A stretch of DNA of 64,000 nt from Takakia lepidozioides (Eukaryota; Plantae; Bryophyta). The position numbers were made by a program, and so were the translations under genes. The stretch is from positions 27,714,001-27,778,000 of the forward strand of contig CM060732.1 of NCBI GenBank assembly GCA_030704615.1. The letters are read 5' to 3'. Under the pieces are notes generated by a model. The model made no database searches and was not told the origin of the DNA. It was given only the letters and a program-made list of their open reading frames with translations. This document shows, one piece after another, positions 14,215 through 27,370 of this stretch. Position 1 is the stretch's first letter, and every line of letters starts with the position of its first letter.

Positions 14215-14271
14215 TCTCTATAATCCCCAAACTAGTTTTGCTCAGCACGTGAGCTCATCAGTGGGAAAGAG
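14215..14271 (-). ncRNA. Type I hammerhead ribozyme with mutated core (GAAA to AAAA)
   Basis: Minus strand reads TCCCA-CTGATGA-GCTCA CGTGC TGAGC-AAAA-CTAG-TT-TGGGGA. Confidence 0.75.
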
Positions 14272-17200
14272 AAGGAAAAGAGATACAATGTGCACCCCTC
14301 ACCCAGCTTATATACTGCGGAAAGTGAACTTGTCTCGGGGGGGGGAAAGAAAATATCTAATGGATGGAAAACATCCAAAATTGTCTCGGCTGGAGAGATC
14401 GTCCAACACATGAAAACTTAGATGAAAAAACATCCAAAGTTTTCTCGGCAGGAGAAAAATATCCAACGCATGAAATTCTAGATGAAAAACATCCTAATGT
14501 TCTCTCCAAAATGGATAATCATCCAAACTAGAAACTAACTGCATGTTTCAAATACAACTAGCCTCTAGATTTGTAACATAGCACGAACTAGATAGGAACG
14601 CAAGTTCCGTGCCCTCTTCCAACATACCATAGGTCTGTCAAATGAAGCTAACTGCGGATCTTTCAAAAAGCCCACATGAAGTTTAGGGTTTAGGACTCCC
14701 CCAAAGCTTAGAGCTTGAGTATAACGCAAATGCTCAAGTTTCAGAACCAAGGGGGCCCGCTTGCCCGTCAACTTACGAGTGGACTCCGAAGTCAACAGTG
14801 TAGCACGTTGTGTATAGTCACAAAGCATAAAACACTCCAAGATAAAAAACTTTGGATAGCCTCGAGCACGTAGTCGCTCATAGAACAGTTGCTTGATCTC
14901 CGAAAAACTTGCTCGTGTGCTCTCCCTCAAAGTGTAACGTCGTAATTCGCTAATGATGAATGCTCATTTTTGGTGTCGTGGATGACACGAGGTCCATGGC
15001 AAATACTGGTATGTGTTGAGTGCCTTTTGATGACATCTCGAAAATAAAATCCCATGGTTGACAAAATCAACTCCCTTGAAGAACTGAATATCAAGAATGT
15101 CAACCGTAGACTCAGAGATTACCCTTTGATTCCAAATTGTGGGACTAAGAGAGTTGTATCCATCGAGCCAAGCCTCCAAACTTGCCCGAGATCTTGCCCA
15201 AATTCCAAATCCATCATCGATGTATCTCTTGTAGTATAGAGGCCACATACCTCCTCCAGCACCAGCCAACTCTCTTTCTAAGCTGCAAAGAAAGAGACAA
15301 GCATAAACAACAGCAAAGTTGCTACCCATTGTTGTGCCTCGGATCTGATGCCAATAGCTTGAGCCAAATTGAAGATAGTTATTCTCCAACATCATGCGAG
15401 AAAGACTCACGACGAATCTTTCAAACTAAGACGACTTGAACTTGCCGGCAATCATCTCCTTCAATCGTCGAAGCCCGTCCCCAGTAGGATGCTAGGATAC
15501 AATGACTCCACATCAAAGGTCAACAAAAGCACGTCGCCAGGAAGTTGCCTATCCGACAGATCTTTCAACAAAGATATAGAATCTATCAAATGGTTATCTT
15601 CCTCAAGCAGCACTACAACAAATTGCGGCTTTTACGTCTCTGTGTTATGACTGCAAATGCAGTCATGGAAGCCATTTACGACTTCCTGACTCTGCAGACG
15701 TAAAGACCTAGTCAGTTGTGACATGGCAGATATGACTCTCCAGGCTGGCTGTCACGTGGCGCCAGAGCAGCTGTGGGGGTAGTCATACACGCTGGCTTTA
15801 CTGAATGACTGAACGGACAGTGCAGTCCATGTCAGCGGCTGTGCAAGAGTGACACGTGCTCGATGCAGGAAATGACACGTGGCAGAGTGTTTAGCTCTCC
15901 ATGACTGCGAACTATGACTACGGGTGTGCTAATCCGGTTGCAACACGTGGCGCGTTGCAGTTTTACGTGGTCCATCAGCAGATTGACATGTGTCATGATG
16001 GGTGTTTTTTTGGGGTGTATTGCTATTTTTTTACATATTTGTATTTCTGCCACGTGGTGTAGTACTATTGGAGAGTGAAAATAGATGTAGTCATTATTAT
16101 GACTATGATAGCAGTCATGTACATGTCTATTACAACAATGAAATATAATATATAATACAAAGAGAACAAGGCAGCAAGACATAACTGCAACAAGCTGAGC
16201 AAAACCAAGAGATTGCATACCATCTCTATTTACCAATCTATTTATCATTATCATTTTTGTTGCGATCTAAAAATACATTAAATAGTCGCATGTTCTCATG
16301 TGAATTATTTTGTTATTATTAACTATAACACTTTTGAAAAGTGTTCACCCAGAACCTTCTAACTACTCATGTATTCCATCAATCTGCAACCCATCAAAAA
16401 CGGCTTGCATGGCTTTAAGAATTACTACAACAAGGACATTTGTTTGTTTTCCAAGTTCTTGCATAAGATGCACCAACCAATATTGCATTGTGAGACACTC
16501 ACTCGCTATACTCCAAAGCGTCCAGGGAAGGTCACTGAGCAACCTGCCAAGGCGGAAACAATTAAGAGAATTATCTAATACTATATATGAAAAACCAATG
16601 CCAGTGTTGTTTATGGTAACTTCTATCCCATGTCCTAAACAAACCAAAGCAAAAAGGTTGGTGTGTATTGGCGAAGTCGTCAGATACTTCACAAAGAAAC
16701 ATGCACTAAAAATGAAACCCAGGATGATAGGAAGGTCACTCACGTTTATACAAAGACATCTTGCCCATTGCCCAGCACCCTGCGTCACCCACACTCTATC
16801 TCTATTCCTTCAGCTATCCATGCCTCTGCACAAATCAAGCATTCATCCTTGCCTTGCTGCTAGCAGCTGACAATGACAGCCTACATTTGTTCTAGGAAAC
16901 ACCCAACTCAGCGTAGCACACTAGTTCCTATGCTGAATTGCGTCTGCTACTCTCTGAAATGTAGCAGACATTCACCTTTCTGCCCCGGTTGACCCATCAG
17001 TGACTGGGCTCAGATAAGTATTCATTCCACAGCTTCTCCTCATCTCTGTTACCTATTTTTTGACACTTTCCTGTTGTCACATTGGCAGTATCATGTCAAA
17101 GTCACTCCAAACTAGATTCACTCAACCAGCTAACTTGCAGAATTGAACATGTAAATTTAGGGCCGATTCTGATAAGAGGGAAAAACAGGGTGAAATGTGT

Positions 17201-17527
17201 TGAAGAAGATGCCTTCATTAGCAGTGCCTGATTTTATCACTTGTGCCGCTGCTCCCAGTTGACCATCTACCCATGCAGGTTTCTTGTAGCTATTGATCCA
17301 CAGGGAATCACAGGTAATCTTGTGCTTGAAATCTGGCCTTCTTGGATGAATCTGGACCCACACGAAATCCCTGCTCCTTCAGCTATCCATGCCTCTGCAC
17401 AAATCATGCATACATCCTCGCCTTGCTGCTAGCAGCTGACAATGACAGCCTAGAATTGTCAAAGCAAACACTAGCAGGGAAAACAGGGTGAAATATGTTG
17501 AAGAAGGTACCTTCATCCTTTTCTCCA

Positions 17528-17990
17528 TCATTTGCTTTCAGGTGTCCAAAGCCCCATCCCGCGCTCCTGCTCTGCACACCCTTCAAGCATCGCATTCCAC
17601 GACACCACATCTAGTTCAGCCATAGTGTTGAACACTCCCTTGGCATCCTCAATGCTCCCACATTTAGCATACATGGCCACCAGAGCCATGTTCAGGATGA
17701 CATCTGGTACAATTGCAGATTTGATGATGTCACCAGGGATCTCTTTGCCCTTTTCCAGGGCTGCAGACGCACTGCAAACGCACACAAACGTTATGTCGGC
17801 GGCCTTCACCCCTTCCCCCATCATTTTCTCAAAGGTTGGAGCCTCCATCCCGCACCCCAACTGTGCATACCCAGCAAGCATCGCACTCCACGACACCACA
17901 TCTCGTTCAGCCACAGTGTTGAATACTCCCTTTGCATCCTCAATGCACCCACAATTGGCGTACATGTCCACCAGGGCAGGGGCAGTGTTC
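17528..17990 (-). pseudogene. PLS-class pentatricopeptide repeat (PPR) gene fragment captured in the CACTA element
   Basis: ALVDMYANCGCIEDAKGVFNTVAERDVVSWSAMLAGYAQ...ALVAMYAKCGSIEDAKGVF...DVVSWNAML. Confidence 0.88.
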
Positions 17991-18829
17991 AAAAGGACAT
18001 GTGGTAATTTGACAGGCATTCACCTCCTGACTTGGCTATTCCCAACCCATCCTGCCATTGGCAAGAGATTCCACAGAAACTGATAGTTGTCTGTTTAAAA
18101 GTATAACTATGTATCTCTTGCTTTCTTACAGCTTGTACTGTGACACGCGTAATGCTCTTGTTGTGTTGAATCATTTCACGCCTTCAGGTTTCAGAACAAA
18201 CATTACCGTCTTTCTTTATCAGACATGTGCACCAAGACAGAATCTCACCAAAAGATTGTTGGTGTTCAACAGTACCATACATGAAGATAACTAGCACCAA
18301 AAGGGCATATGAAGCTTATTCTGCTCTCCACTGGTATTAACTTGCACCAGGACTTTCAATGGTTGTCTTCCAGTCCACCCACGGCCCGCTGTAAATGGCT
18401 TGCAACCTACAGATTTTCAAGAGAGCTGAGTACCATGAAAATTTCAAAACTGGCTTTACAAACCTAATAATTCAAGCATAATCAGCATTCAAGCTAAGGA
18501 AGCTTTACAAGCATCGTGTTGCGAGTAAAGCCTTGGCAATGTCACCAGGAAATCCCTAGCTGAATGGATGACACTGAAATAATGGAGCTTGAAATCCGGC
18601 CCTCTTGGACGAATTTGGGCCCGCACTCTATCCCTGCTCCTTCAGCTATCTATGCCTCTGCACAAAATCCTTCAGCTATCTATGCATACATCCTTGCCTT
18701 CCTGCTAGCAGCTGACAATGACAGCCTAGAATTGTTCCAGCAAACACCCCCAACCCTACTTATCAACGAGCAATGAGCTAACTTACAAAACTCAATATGC
18801 ATCTCAGGGCGTCTGATGAGAGGGCAAAA

Positions 18830-19640
18830 CATGCTGAAATAGGTCGAAGAAGAAGGTGCCCTCACCACACTGTCCTTGACCTTGTGTCATGACCCATGGA
18901 GGATTTGACCTTGTGTGTGATGCTTGTGTCTGTAGTCAGGTAATGTCGGATTGGTCAATGAGAACCTGCACCACGGTGCAGCTGAGCAGGCAGACTTTGA
19001 AACACGGTCTGCTAAGACCAAGCTGACTCTCCCAAGAACCTTGTAAACATCAGGAAGAATATCAAATCACGGTACTAACAGGAGCCAACAACCCACATTT
19101 GTAGGATGGACAAAATTCTGCACATCGTACATTAAAAAAAAACCACACCTTGCGATTGCGGTCGCACCCTCGTGAAGGATCTTAAAAAAACTCATGCCAG
19201 CTCTGCTCCATGATTCAAATTCAGGGCCGAGTCAGATGAGAGGGCAAAATAGGCTGAAATAGGTCGAAGAAGAAGGTGCCCTCACCACATTGTCCTCGAC
19301 CTTGTGTCATGACCCATGGAGGATTTGACTGAACATGAACCCAAGATGACCTCTAGTGTGTGCTGCTTGTGTCTGTAGTTAGGTAATGTCGGATTGGTCA
19401 GTGAGAACCACCACGGTGCAGCTGAGTGGGCAGAGATTGAAACACGGCCTACTAAGACCAAGCTAACTCTCCCAAGAACCTTGTAAACATCAGGAAGAAT
19501 ACCAAATCATGGTACTAACAGGAGAGCCAACCCACATTTGCAGGATGGACAAACTTCTTCACATCGTACATTAAGAAAAAGCCACACCTTGCGATTGCGG
19601 TTGTCCCACCATCGTGACGGATCTTTTAGAAACTCATGCC
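18830..19640. repeat. Approximately 400-bp tandem duplication inside the CACTA element
   Basis: 18830-19210 resembles 19240-19640 (ATAGGTCGAAGAAGAAGGTGCCCTCACC...CTCATGCCAGCTCTGCTCC). Confidence 0.8.
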
Positions 19641-21909
19641 AGCTCTGCTCCGTGCTGTAAAATCAGGGCCGAGCGGGTAGAGATTGAAACACGGCCTGCT
19701 AAGACGAAGCTGACTCTCCCAAGAACGGCGGGCTCCCAGCCGAAACCTCCTCGCACACATACCCTAGCGTTTCTAGGGTTGCTTGCTCCAGATGCGAAGG
19801 TAAATCCAACTGCGGGCCTCCCATGCATGTTTGCCCTCTCTCCCGCTCGCTCGCTCTAAGTCCCAACCCTCTCTCTCCCTCCCTCCCGCTCGCTCTAAGT
19901 CTGTTCACGCTACTGTGATGGGCAACTTTTTAAGTTTTTTAACTTTTTGTAAACCCTAAAAGCCCCTTTTTTATTTTTTATTTTTTATTTTTTTCTTAAA
20001 GGAAACCACAAGCCCTTGAGGAGGGGGAAAATTCACCCGCCTTCATTTATGGGCCATAAGACCTACATGACGATCAACGTCAAGACATACCGTCTCAAAC
20101 AATCCCACACACGGGATAAGGGCAACGGGTTTGAACCCCAAACCACAAGGGTGACACACTGTGCACTTACCAGCCGATGTGATTTTTTTTAAATCTTTGT
20201 TTTTTTTGGGTTTTTTTAATTCATTCTAGTGGTAAGAGTCTCCGTTTTTTTAAGATATAAATACTCATATATTATATATATAACCAGAAAAGCATGTGTC
20301 GACACGTGTAGTCATGTAGTGATTCATCCATGTGATGATCTGGCATAATGCATTAGAGTGAGAGTCATGAAGTCATATGTCTGTCTTGCAATATGCACAC
20401 GTCATTCTAGTGTAGCCATGACCGTGACTGGTAGTCATATCTGCCATGCCAATATTTGTGGTCAAACATGTTTAACCTGTGTTGCGCAGAGTCCGAAGCC
20501 ATGCAGTCGCATATACGCCTTCTCCAGACTTGCATTATGACTTCAAAAGCATTTTACGACTGCAAATGGCATTTCTGCCACAAATCTGTCATGACTGCGC
20601 ACCCATGGGAGTCATAAAAGCCGCAATCTGTTGTAGTGCAGAATGGGAAACAGATGGTGATGCAACCACTTGGATGCGTGCTCAAAAACATATCCGTTGT
20701 ATGAACAAATCGGCCTCCCAACTACCACAGGCTTGTGCATTTTGGGCACGAGATAAAACATGCAGGGTCGGTAGCCCCCTTGGGGCTTGAACGCCAAAAA
20801 GTCCTTTGTCTGCCTGTCAATCAAACCAAACAAGAGAGCGGAAGCGAGCAATGCATCCAAACCATATGTGAGATTGTCAAATGGGATCTCTGCCACAGAT
20901 TCGTAAACTTGTCCATCGTGGAGTTGGCGGTGTCCCTCATCCACATACCAGTCCTTCCGCATGATCACCAACCCAAGATTTTTGTCTGTTGGCTTGATGA
21001 CGATGGACTCATCTCTGCTCAGACAGCATATCGCAGTCTTGAGGTGACCTCGAATAGAAGACCTGTAGGCAGAGCGAGCCACCTCCCTTAACCGAGTCTC
21101 TACAATGTTGCGACCCTCGATGATAATGTTTTCCAAAGTAGGAAGTCACACACACTGATCCCAAGAAGGTTGAGGAACTCTGAAAGGAGGAATGGATCTA
21201 TCTCTAGCATCCCTGAAGTGATATCGAAGACGTAAAGATCGAGCCAAAGAGTCATAAGCATCAAGAATAGAAAAGGGAGAAGGAGGAGTTGGAATAAAAC
21301 TCAAACCTAGGCCTAAAAGCTTCTTTTCAAAACAAGAGAGTGGACGATAGGCCATGTTGTGGATGGCCACGTTGGTTAACCTGTTCTCTACCTGAGAGAC
21401 TCTCTTGCAAGAAAAAAGATAAAGCTTATAGCCATCTACATCCCTCAACGGCCACCAGAAGAGCTTGCGAGCTCTCTTCGGCTTGGATCTGCCCATGTGA
21501 CCTTCTTCTTGAGCTTCTGTTGTTGGTTTTTCCCCGACTTTTGTTGTCCAGAACCAGAATGGGTCTGAGAACGTAGGGCAGATTTGCTCGGAGAAGATGA
21601 ACGCGATGCAGCGAAACGGGTGCGAGCAGTCCCATTTCGCTGTTGGCCATTTCCCTGCTGCTTTGAAGAGTTTGCCTTGGAGGAAGTTACCTTGGCTTTT
21701 GCTGAAGTGCCTCGGCCGGTAGGTTGAGTCTTGAAGACTCGTCGAGCAGGTGAGCGGCCACGCTGTTGTTGCCTCTTGTGGTTAGGAGAGGAAGAACGCG
21801 CTCGTTGATGTTGCTTAAGGCGAGTAGGAGAGACAGAAGTTTTCTTTCATGAGTTGGAAAGTTGTTTCTGCACCTCTTTCCGAGGAATTTCACCGGCAAC
21901 TTTCTGAGA

Positions 21910-22498
21910 CGGGCAAGCTAATTTAGCCCCGACTACACGGTTCCCCCTGTCATACGCCCGATGGTCGGAGAGAAGGGACTTGGTTGATCCTCCCTCGAGT
22001 TCATCTCGAACGATCAGAGGACTATGGGCATGCGCAAGCCTCTGCCGACATAACCTTCTCGTCGATGACCTTATGCGGTAATCCCTCCTATTCTTCCTTA
22101 GAGGTACGAACCTCTTTTTGAAGGTGGGGCATATAAGTTTTCCAACTAGGGGTTGAGACTTGACCCTATGTTTGTGAGTGTCGTGAGCGCATGCTTGCCC
22201 ATAGTGAGCAAGATTTTTGTCGCTAAACAAGGAGAAACAAACATAAAAAAGCTTGCGGTTGGAGCGAAAGTGCCTCATTCTTCAATTATAGAACCTTATC
22301 TCGTGAGGGCGAGAGTCCTTGCATAAGACATAATAGTTTTATAGCATCCCTATATGCACGATAAGCGCACTTTGTATGCATTTGTCTTGGTTTCCATTGC
22401 ATTTGTATTTGGGTCCGACCCGGCCCCCCTTAAAATTTACTATGTCTTTTTCCAGTATTTTTCCTACTTTTTGTTACCTTTGCAAGCCTTTGTTGACC
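21910..22498 (+). mobile_element. 3'-terminal fragment of the Penelope-like family at 23192-26326, ending in telomeric repeats
   Basis: Near-identical to 25735-26326; both end GTTGACCACCCTAAACCCTT. Confidence 0.85.
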
Positions 22499-23191
22499 AC
22501 CCTAAACCCTTAAAACCCGTAAACCCAAAACCCTTAAAACCCTTAAAACCCGTAACCCTTAAAACCCAAAAAACCCTTAAAACCCTAAAACCCTTAACCC
22601 TAAAACCCTTAACCCTAAAACCCTTAAAACCCTAAACCCGGAAAACCCAAAAAACCCTTAAAACCCTAAACCCTTAAAACCCTAAAACCCTTAACCCTAA
22701 AACCCTTAAAACCCTTAAAACCCTAAACCATTAAAACCCTAAAAACCATTAAACCCTTAACCCTTTAAACCCTAAAAACCCTAAACCCTAAAACCCTTAA
22801 AACCCTTAAAACCCTAAACCATTAAAACCCTAAAAACCATTAAACCCTTAACCCTTTAAACCCTAAAAACCCTAAACCCTAAAAACCCTAAAAACCCTTA
22901 AAACCCTTAACCCTAAAAACCCTCAAAACCCTTAACCCTAAATCTAAAACCCTAAACCTAAAACCTTAAGCCCTAAACCCTAAACCCTAAACCCTAAACC
23001 CTAAACCCTAAACACCCTAAACCTAAAAACCCTAAACTTAAACCCCTTAAACCCTAAACCCTAAACCCTAAACACCCTAAACCCTAAACCTAAATCCTTA
23101 AACCCTTAAACCCTTAACCTAAACCCTAAAACCCTAGAAACCCTAAAACCATAAACCCTAAGAACCATAAACCTTAAACCCTAAACCCTAA
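22499..23191 (+). repeat. Interstitial degenerate plant telomeric array (CCCTAAA)n
   Basis: About 690 bp of CCCTAAA with CCCTTAAAA, CCCTAAAA and CCATTAAA variants. Confidence 0.95.
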
Positions 23192-26100
23192 ACAACTGGT
23201 TCAGGTACGGGAGGCCGAAAACCTTCAGCGAGGGTCAACGGAAAACCGGCCACGACGAAGGGTGTGACGACGACGACGACGAAGAAGACGAAGTGGCCAT
23301 ACGTACCTCCTCACAGACGCGGGGGCGCACGAGTACTGGTACCCGCTCGTAGACCCGAAGGCTTACGCTTTGTTGCTCTTTGCTAGGAAGACTCCATCCC
23401 AAGTGGAATGCAGGGTCACCAACACTGCTATCCACAACTATAGCAAGAGGGTTCTTTCCTTTGCGGAGCGACAACTCCTGGGCCTTGGTCTCAATTACAT
23501 TCCTCGTCCTCTTCCCCCTTCCCGATCTTCATTCATCACCGAATTCAACAATTTTGCTCGAAGCTTGAGGTTGCGAACGTTCTTCTCCGGCAAAGACAAC
23601 GATGAGGTTCCTCTTTGGCGCATTCCGAATCCATCATTCAATCCGCCAGTGGAATCTCAACCGCTCGAGGCCATCATTCGAGAAGGTAATGATATTTTGT
23701 TTAGCCGTTTGGATTGAATCGCCCGCAATGCACGACCTTGTCTGCCGAGTCACTTGAGACTTGCTCTCAAAAGATTGAGGTCGGATCCGGACCTTGTCAT
23801 CAAGCCGACCGACAAAAATCTTGGTCTTGTGCTTATGGACAAGTTTTGGTACATGCAAGAGGCGATGCGGCAACTCTCAGACACCGAAGTTTATCGTCCC
23901 GTGGATTCCGTACCGTGGGAAGAACTTTGGTCGAGGTTGGAGGTGCTAGCTTGCCATCCAATCTACAGGTTTGCGATCTCCACCAAAGAATGGAATTACA
24001 TCCGCCAACGCCCTCGGTCGTCCATGGACTTTCGAGCTTGTGCTTTGTATTTCATTCCGAAGGTGCACAAACCCGTGCTTGTTGGAAGACCCATTTGTTC
24101 CTACAACAACTACATCTTCGAGCATGCTTCAATTTGGCTCCATCACCAACTCCTTCCGGTACTTCTCAAGGAACCCACTCATTTGGTTGATTCTCTCACG
24201 CTTCTTGGAGAGGTTTCCCAACTCGAGGTCCCCTCGCATGCTCTTCTTTTTATGTTTGACGTGGAATCTCTATATCCCAGCATCATCACCGAGCTCGGCT
24301 TGTATGAGCTCGAATGTGCTATTGGAGGTAATTTCACCAAACACAAAAAAGACGTGATCATGACCCTCGCTGGATTAGTCTTGAAAAACACCATTACCTT
24401 GAGTTCAATGGTAGTTTTTGGCACCAAATTCGCGGGACGGCGATGGGGAGCAATTTTGCAGTTGTTTATGCTTGTTTGTTCCTCTGTCGGTTGGAGATGT
24501 ACATGGAGTACGTGTGCCCATCGGAGCAAGAGCTGCTTTATCTTAAGCGCTATATCGACGACGGCTTTGGCATCTGGGTAGGCTCCGAAAAGAGCCTCCG
24601 GTCCTGGTTACAGAACTACGGTTCTATGTTCGATGGCATCAAAATCACGACCGCCATAAGCCCGACGTCCGCCGACATCTTGGATATCACCTTCTTCAAA
24701 GGAGACGACTCATCCAAACTCGACGGTTCTCTACTAGATGTCATCAAAAAGCCCAGAACAAGTATCAATACTTGCCTTGGTCCTCGTGGCATCCACATCA
24801 CCAAAAGAAAGCTTTCGTCATCGGCGAGCTCCAACGGTACGTAATACGAGAAAACACCATCCAAGAGTTCAACCATTTGCGACTTTTGTTTTACAAACGT
24901 CTTCGAGCCCGAGGTTATCCGGCGGCGTTCATCCGGAGTTGCTTCACCAAGATCTCCTACGACCTCAGATCCGCTCTACTCGACCAACAGACGCAACGCG
25001 CAGTTGAGAGTAAACGGGCCCCCCTTGTTCTTAAGCTCGACTACTCTTCGTACACTCGAGCCTTGAACTTGGGGGCCACCCTAAACCCTAGACTCCACGA
25101 GTTGCTTCAACAAGTCCCGGAGCTTCGGTTTCTTCCTCGAGCGATGATTTGTTGGAGGAATCCGCGAAAGCTGAGTTCAATTCCTAGTTAAATCTAGAAT
25201 GATAGGATGATTTTGTAGTGCAAATGTCCCTAGCATTATTAATTTTGCCTCTTTGATAGCCTAGTGTTGATGTTAAAGTCAAAGGTTCCAACAATTAATT
25301 TGGACCATTGACTAATTAATGCAGTCTTGACTTGGAGGCTAAATTAGTGCTTTAGTGGCATTATTATTGCCTTGGGAATTATCCCATATCATTTGCACAT
25401 AGTGAGGGTGCTTTTCTAGTATATAAGGATAGCTGGCTCTTAGGACTTCACTCTGGTGTTCCACTGATGAGCTGAGCAATCAAGCGAAACTTGTTTGGAA
25501 TAAAACACCTTAACTCTTTTGTCTCCACACTTAGAGAAGTCGAGAGTCTAGTCCTTGCCCGCCCGGGCAACTTGGATCGAAGGGGTGCTCGGCTCCAAGG
25601 GGAATCCCAACCCTTGGATACTTCCGAGGCCTTTTTTTCTTTCCGAAGCACGGGCGTATAGAGCCTTCCGTTTGACGCCATCTTAGCCACCGCTTACAAT
25701 GGGGAAGGCGGCTGGGGGTATATGGTAATCGTGTCGGGCAAGCTAATGTAGCCCCGACCACACGGTTCGCCCTGTCGTACGCCCGATGGTCGGAGAGAAG
25801 GGACTTGGTTGATCCTCCCTCGAGTTCATCTCGAGCGATCAGAGGACTATGGGCATGCGCAAGCCTCTGCCGACCTAACCTTCTCGTCGATGACCTTATG
25901 CGGTAATCCCTCCCATTCTTCCTTAGAGGTACGAACCTCTTTTTGAAGGTGGGGCATATAAGTTTTTCAACTAGGGGTTGAGACTTGACCCTATGTTTGT
26001 GAGTGCCTTGAGCGCATGCTTGCCCATAGTGAGCAAGATTTTTGTCGCTAAACAAGGAGAAACAAACATAAAAAAGCTTACGGTTGGAGCGAAAGTGCCT

Positions 26101-26326
26101 CATTCTTCAATTAGAGAACCTTATCTCGTGAGGGCGGGAGTCCTTGCATAAGACATAATAGTCTTATAGCATACCTTTAGGCACGATAGGCGCACTTTGT
26201 ATGCATTTGTCTTGGTTTCCATTGCATTTGTATTTGGGTCCGAACCGGCCCCCCTTCAATTTTACTGTGTCTTTTTCCAGTATTTTTTCTACTTTTTGTT
26301 ACCTTTGCAAGTCTTTGTTGACCACC
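23192..26326 (+). mobile_element. Endonuclease-less Penelope-like retroelement flanked on both sides by telomeric repeats
   Basis: Frameshifted RT at 23370-25191 (LGLGLNYIP; IKPTDKNLG; IPKVHKP..GRPI; FDVESLYPS; MGSNFA; KRYIDDGFGIW; LRARGYP; MICWRNPRKL). No GIY-YIG. Long 3' region with a hammerhead. Confidence 0.9.
25455..25509 (+). ncRNA. Type I hammerhead ribozyme
   Basis: GGTGTTCCA-CTGATGA-GCTGA GCAA TCAAGC-GAAA-CTTG-TT-TGGAA..AACACC: conserved core with stems I and II pairing. Confidence 0.8.
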
Positions 26327-26360
26327 CTAAACCCTTAAACCCTAAACCCTAAACCCTAAA

Positions 26361-27370
26361 CTTTGAGGGAGTCCTAAACCCTAAACTTCATGAGGGCTTT
26401 TTGAAAGTTCCGCAGTTAGCGTCCTTTGACAGACCTATGGTATGTTGGAAGAGGGCACGGAACTTGCGTTCCTATCTAGTTCGTGCTATGTTACAAATCT
26501 AGAGGCTAGTTGTATTTGAGACATACACTTAGCTTCTAGTTTGGATGATTATCCATCTTGGAGAGAACACTAGGATGTTTTTCATCTAGATTTTCATGCG
26601 TTGGATATTTCTCCCCTGCCAAGAAAACTTTGGATGTTTTTCATCTAAGTTTTCATGTGTTGGACGATCTCTCCAGCCGAGACAATTTTGGATGTTTTCC
26701 ATCCATTAGGTATTTTTTCTCTCCCCCCCCGAGACAAGTCCACTTTCCGCAGTATATAGCGGGTGAGGGGTGCACATTGTATCTCTTTCCCTTCTCTTTC
26801 CCACTGATGAGCTCACGCGCTGAGCGAAACTAGTTTGGGGATTATAGAGATTCGCTTTGCTGCATCTTGTGTTCTTGTCTCTTTGTCTCATTGACGGCGT
26901 TGTTGTTGTTGTTGTTGAGTTTTAGATTTGATCTTCTGCATAGTTCATTGCATTCATTTGCTTTGTGTCTATTGTAGTACATGTTTTAAACTCCTTTTCG
27001 AGTGTTGCATGTTGGATCTCCTTCTAAGACTGTTCTTTAGTGTGTCTATTCTCTTTCTTAGAGATAGGTTACTATTCTCCTGTCCTTACAGTGAATTAGT
27101 TTCATCACACACACTTGCCTCTTGCATATCTTTGCATTTGCACTTTAGAACGTTGCAACATCACTCCCACTCTGTTCTATTCTAGTTTTCTGTATCTCAG
27201 GATCGATTCTTTTAGTTTTGATTCACAGGCTAAATATTTCTACAAGTTTTCTAAGGTGTCCATAACTGGCCCACCTAAAAACTTGTTTGCACTTTGCTAC
27301 TAATGCACCCGGTGCATCCGCGGTTCGAACTCTGTTGCACTGCTACATGTATTTGTTTCCACTCTTTTGT
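26361..27370 (+). mobile_element. 5'-truncated Penelope-like element (family of 13906-21909), with telomere repeats on both sides
   Basis: Preceded by about 5 CCCTAAA units (26326-26360). Encodes the RT C-terminus VLNPKLHEG...CWKRARNLRSYLVRAMLQI. Followed by TAAACCCTAAACCCTAAACCC at about 27370-27390. Confidence 0.85.
26793..26850 (+). ncRNA. Type I hammerhead ribozyme with palindromic minimal stem III
   Basis: TTTCCCA-CTGATGA-GCTCA CGCGC TGAGC-GAAA-CTAG-TT-TGGGGA. Confidence 0.88.

Larger units (their letters stand above)
15611..20638. mobile_element. Non-autonomous CACTA/EnSpm DNA transposon (Pack-type)
   Basis: TIRs CACTACAACA(A/G)ATTGCGGCTTTTA at both ends; 3-bp TSD CAG (15608-15610 and 20639-20641); CATGAC-rich subterminal repeats; no intact transposase. 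Confidence 0.93.
13906..21909 (-). mobile_element. Endonuclease-less Penelope-like retroelement split by the CACTA insertion
   Basis: RT pieces at 21146-21496, 20612-21136 (IKPTDKNLG; YLVPKMHKP..GRPI), below 15610 (TFDVESLYPS), 14964-15410 (GTTMGSNFA; YKRYIDDGFGIW) and 14565-14930 (LRARGYP). Removing 15611-20638 plus one TSD copy restores HHHLFPIL|LEEDNHLIDS. No GIY-YIG domain follows. The 3' region is an inverted match to 26361-27167. Confidence 0.88.

Noticed and set aside
16363-16794. Possible CACTA transposase remnant (WLVHLMQEL)
   Set aside because: Single weak motif; the rest of the Tnp2 signature is absent.
21847-22278. Duplicated 143/190-aa minus-strand ORF (also 25531-26103)
   Set aside because: Lies antisense in the PLE 3' region; recurrence is explained by DNA duplication and no motif is recognisable.
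22354-22635. ORF with PLKPLKP repeats
   Set aside because: Translation of telomeric repeats.
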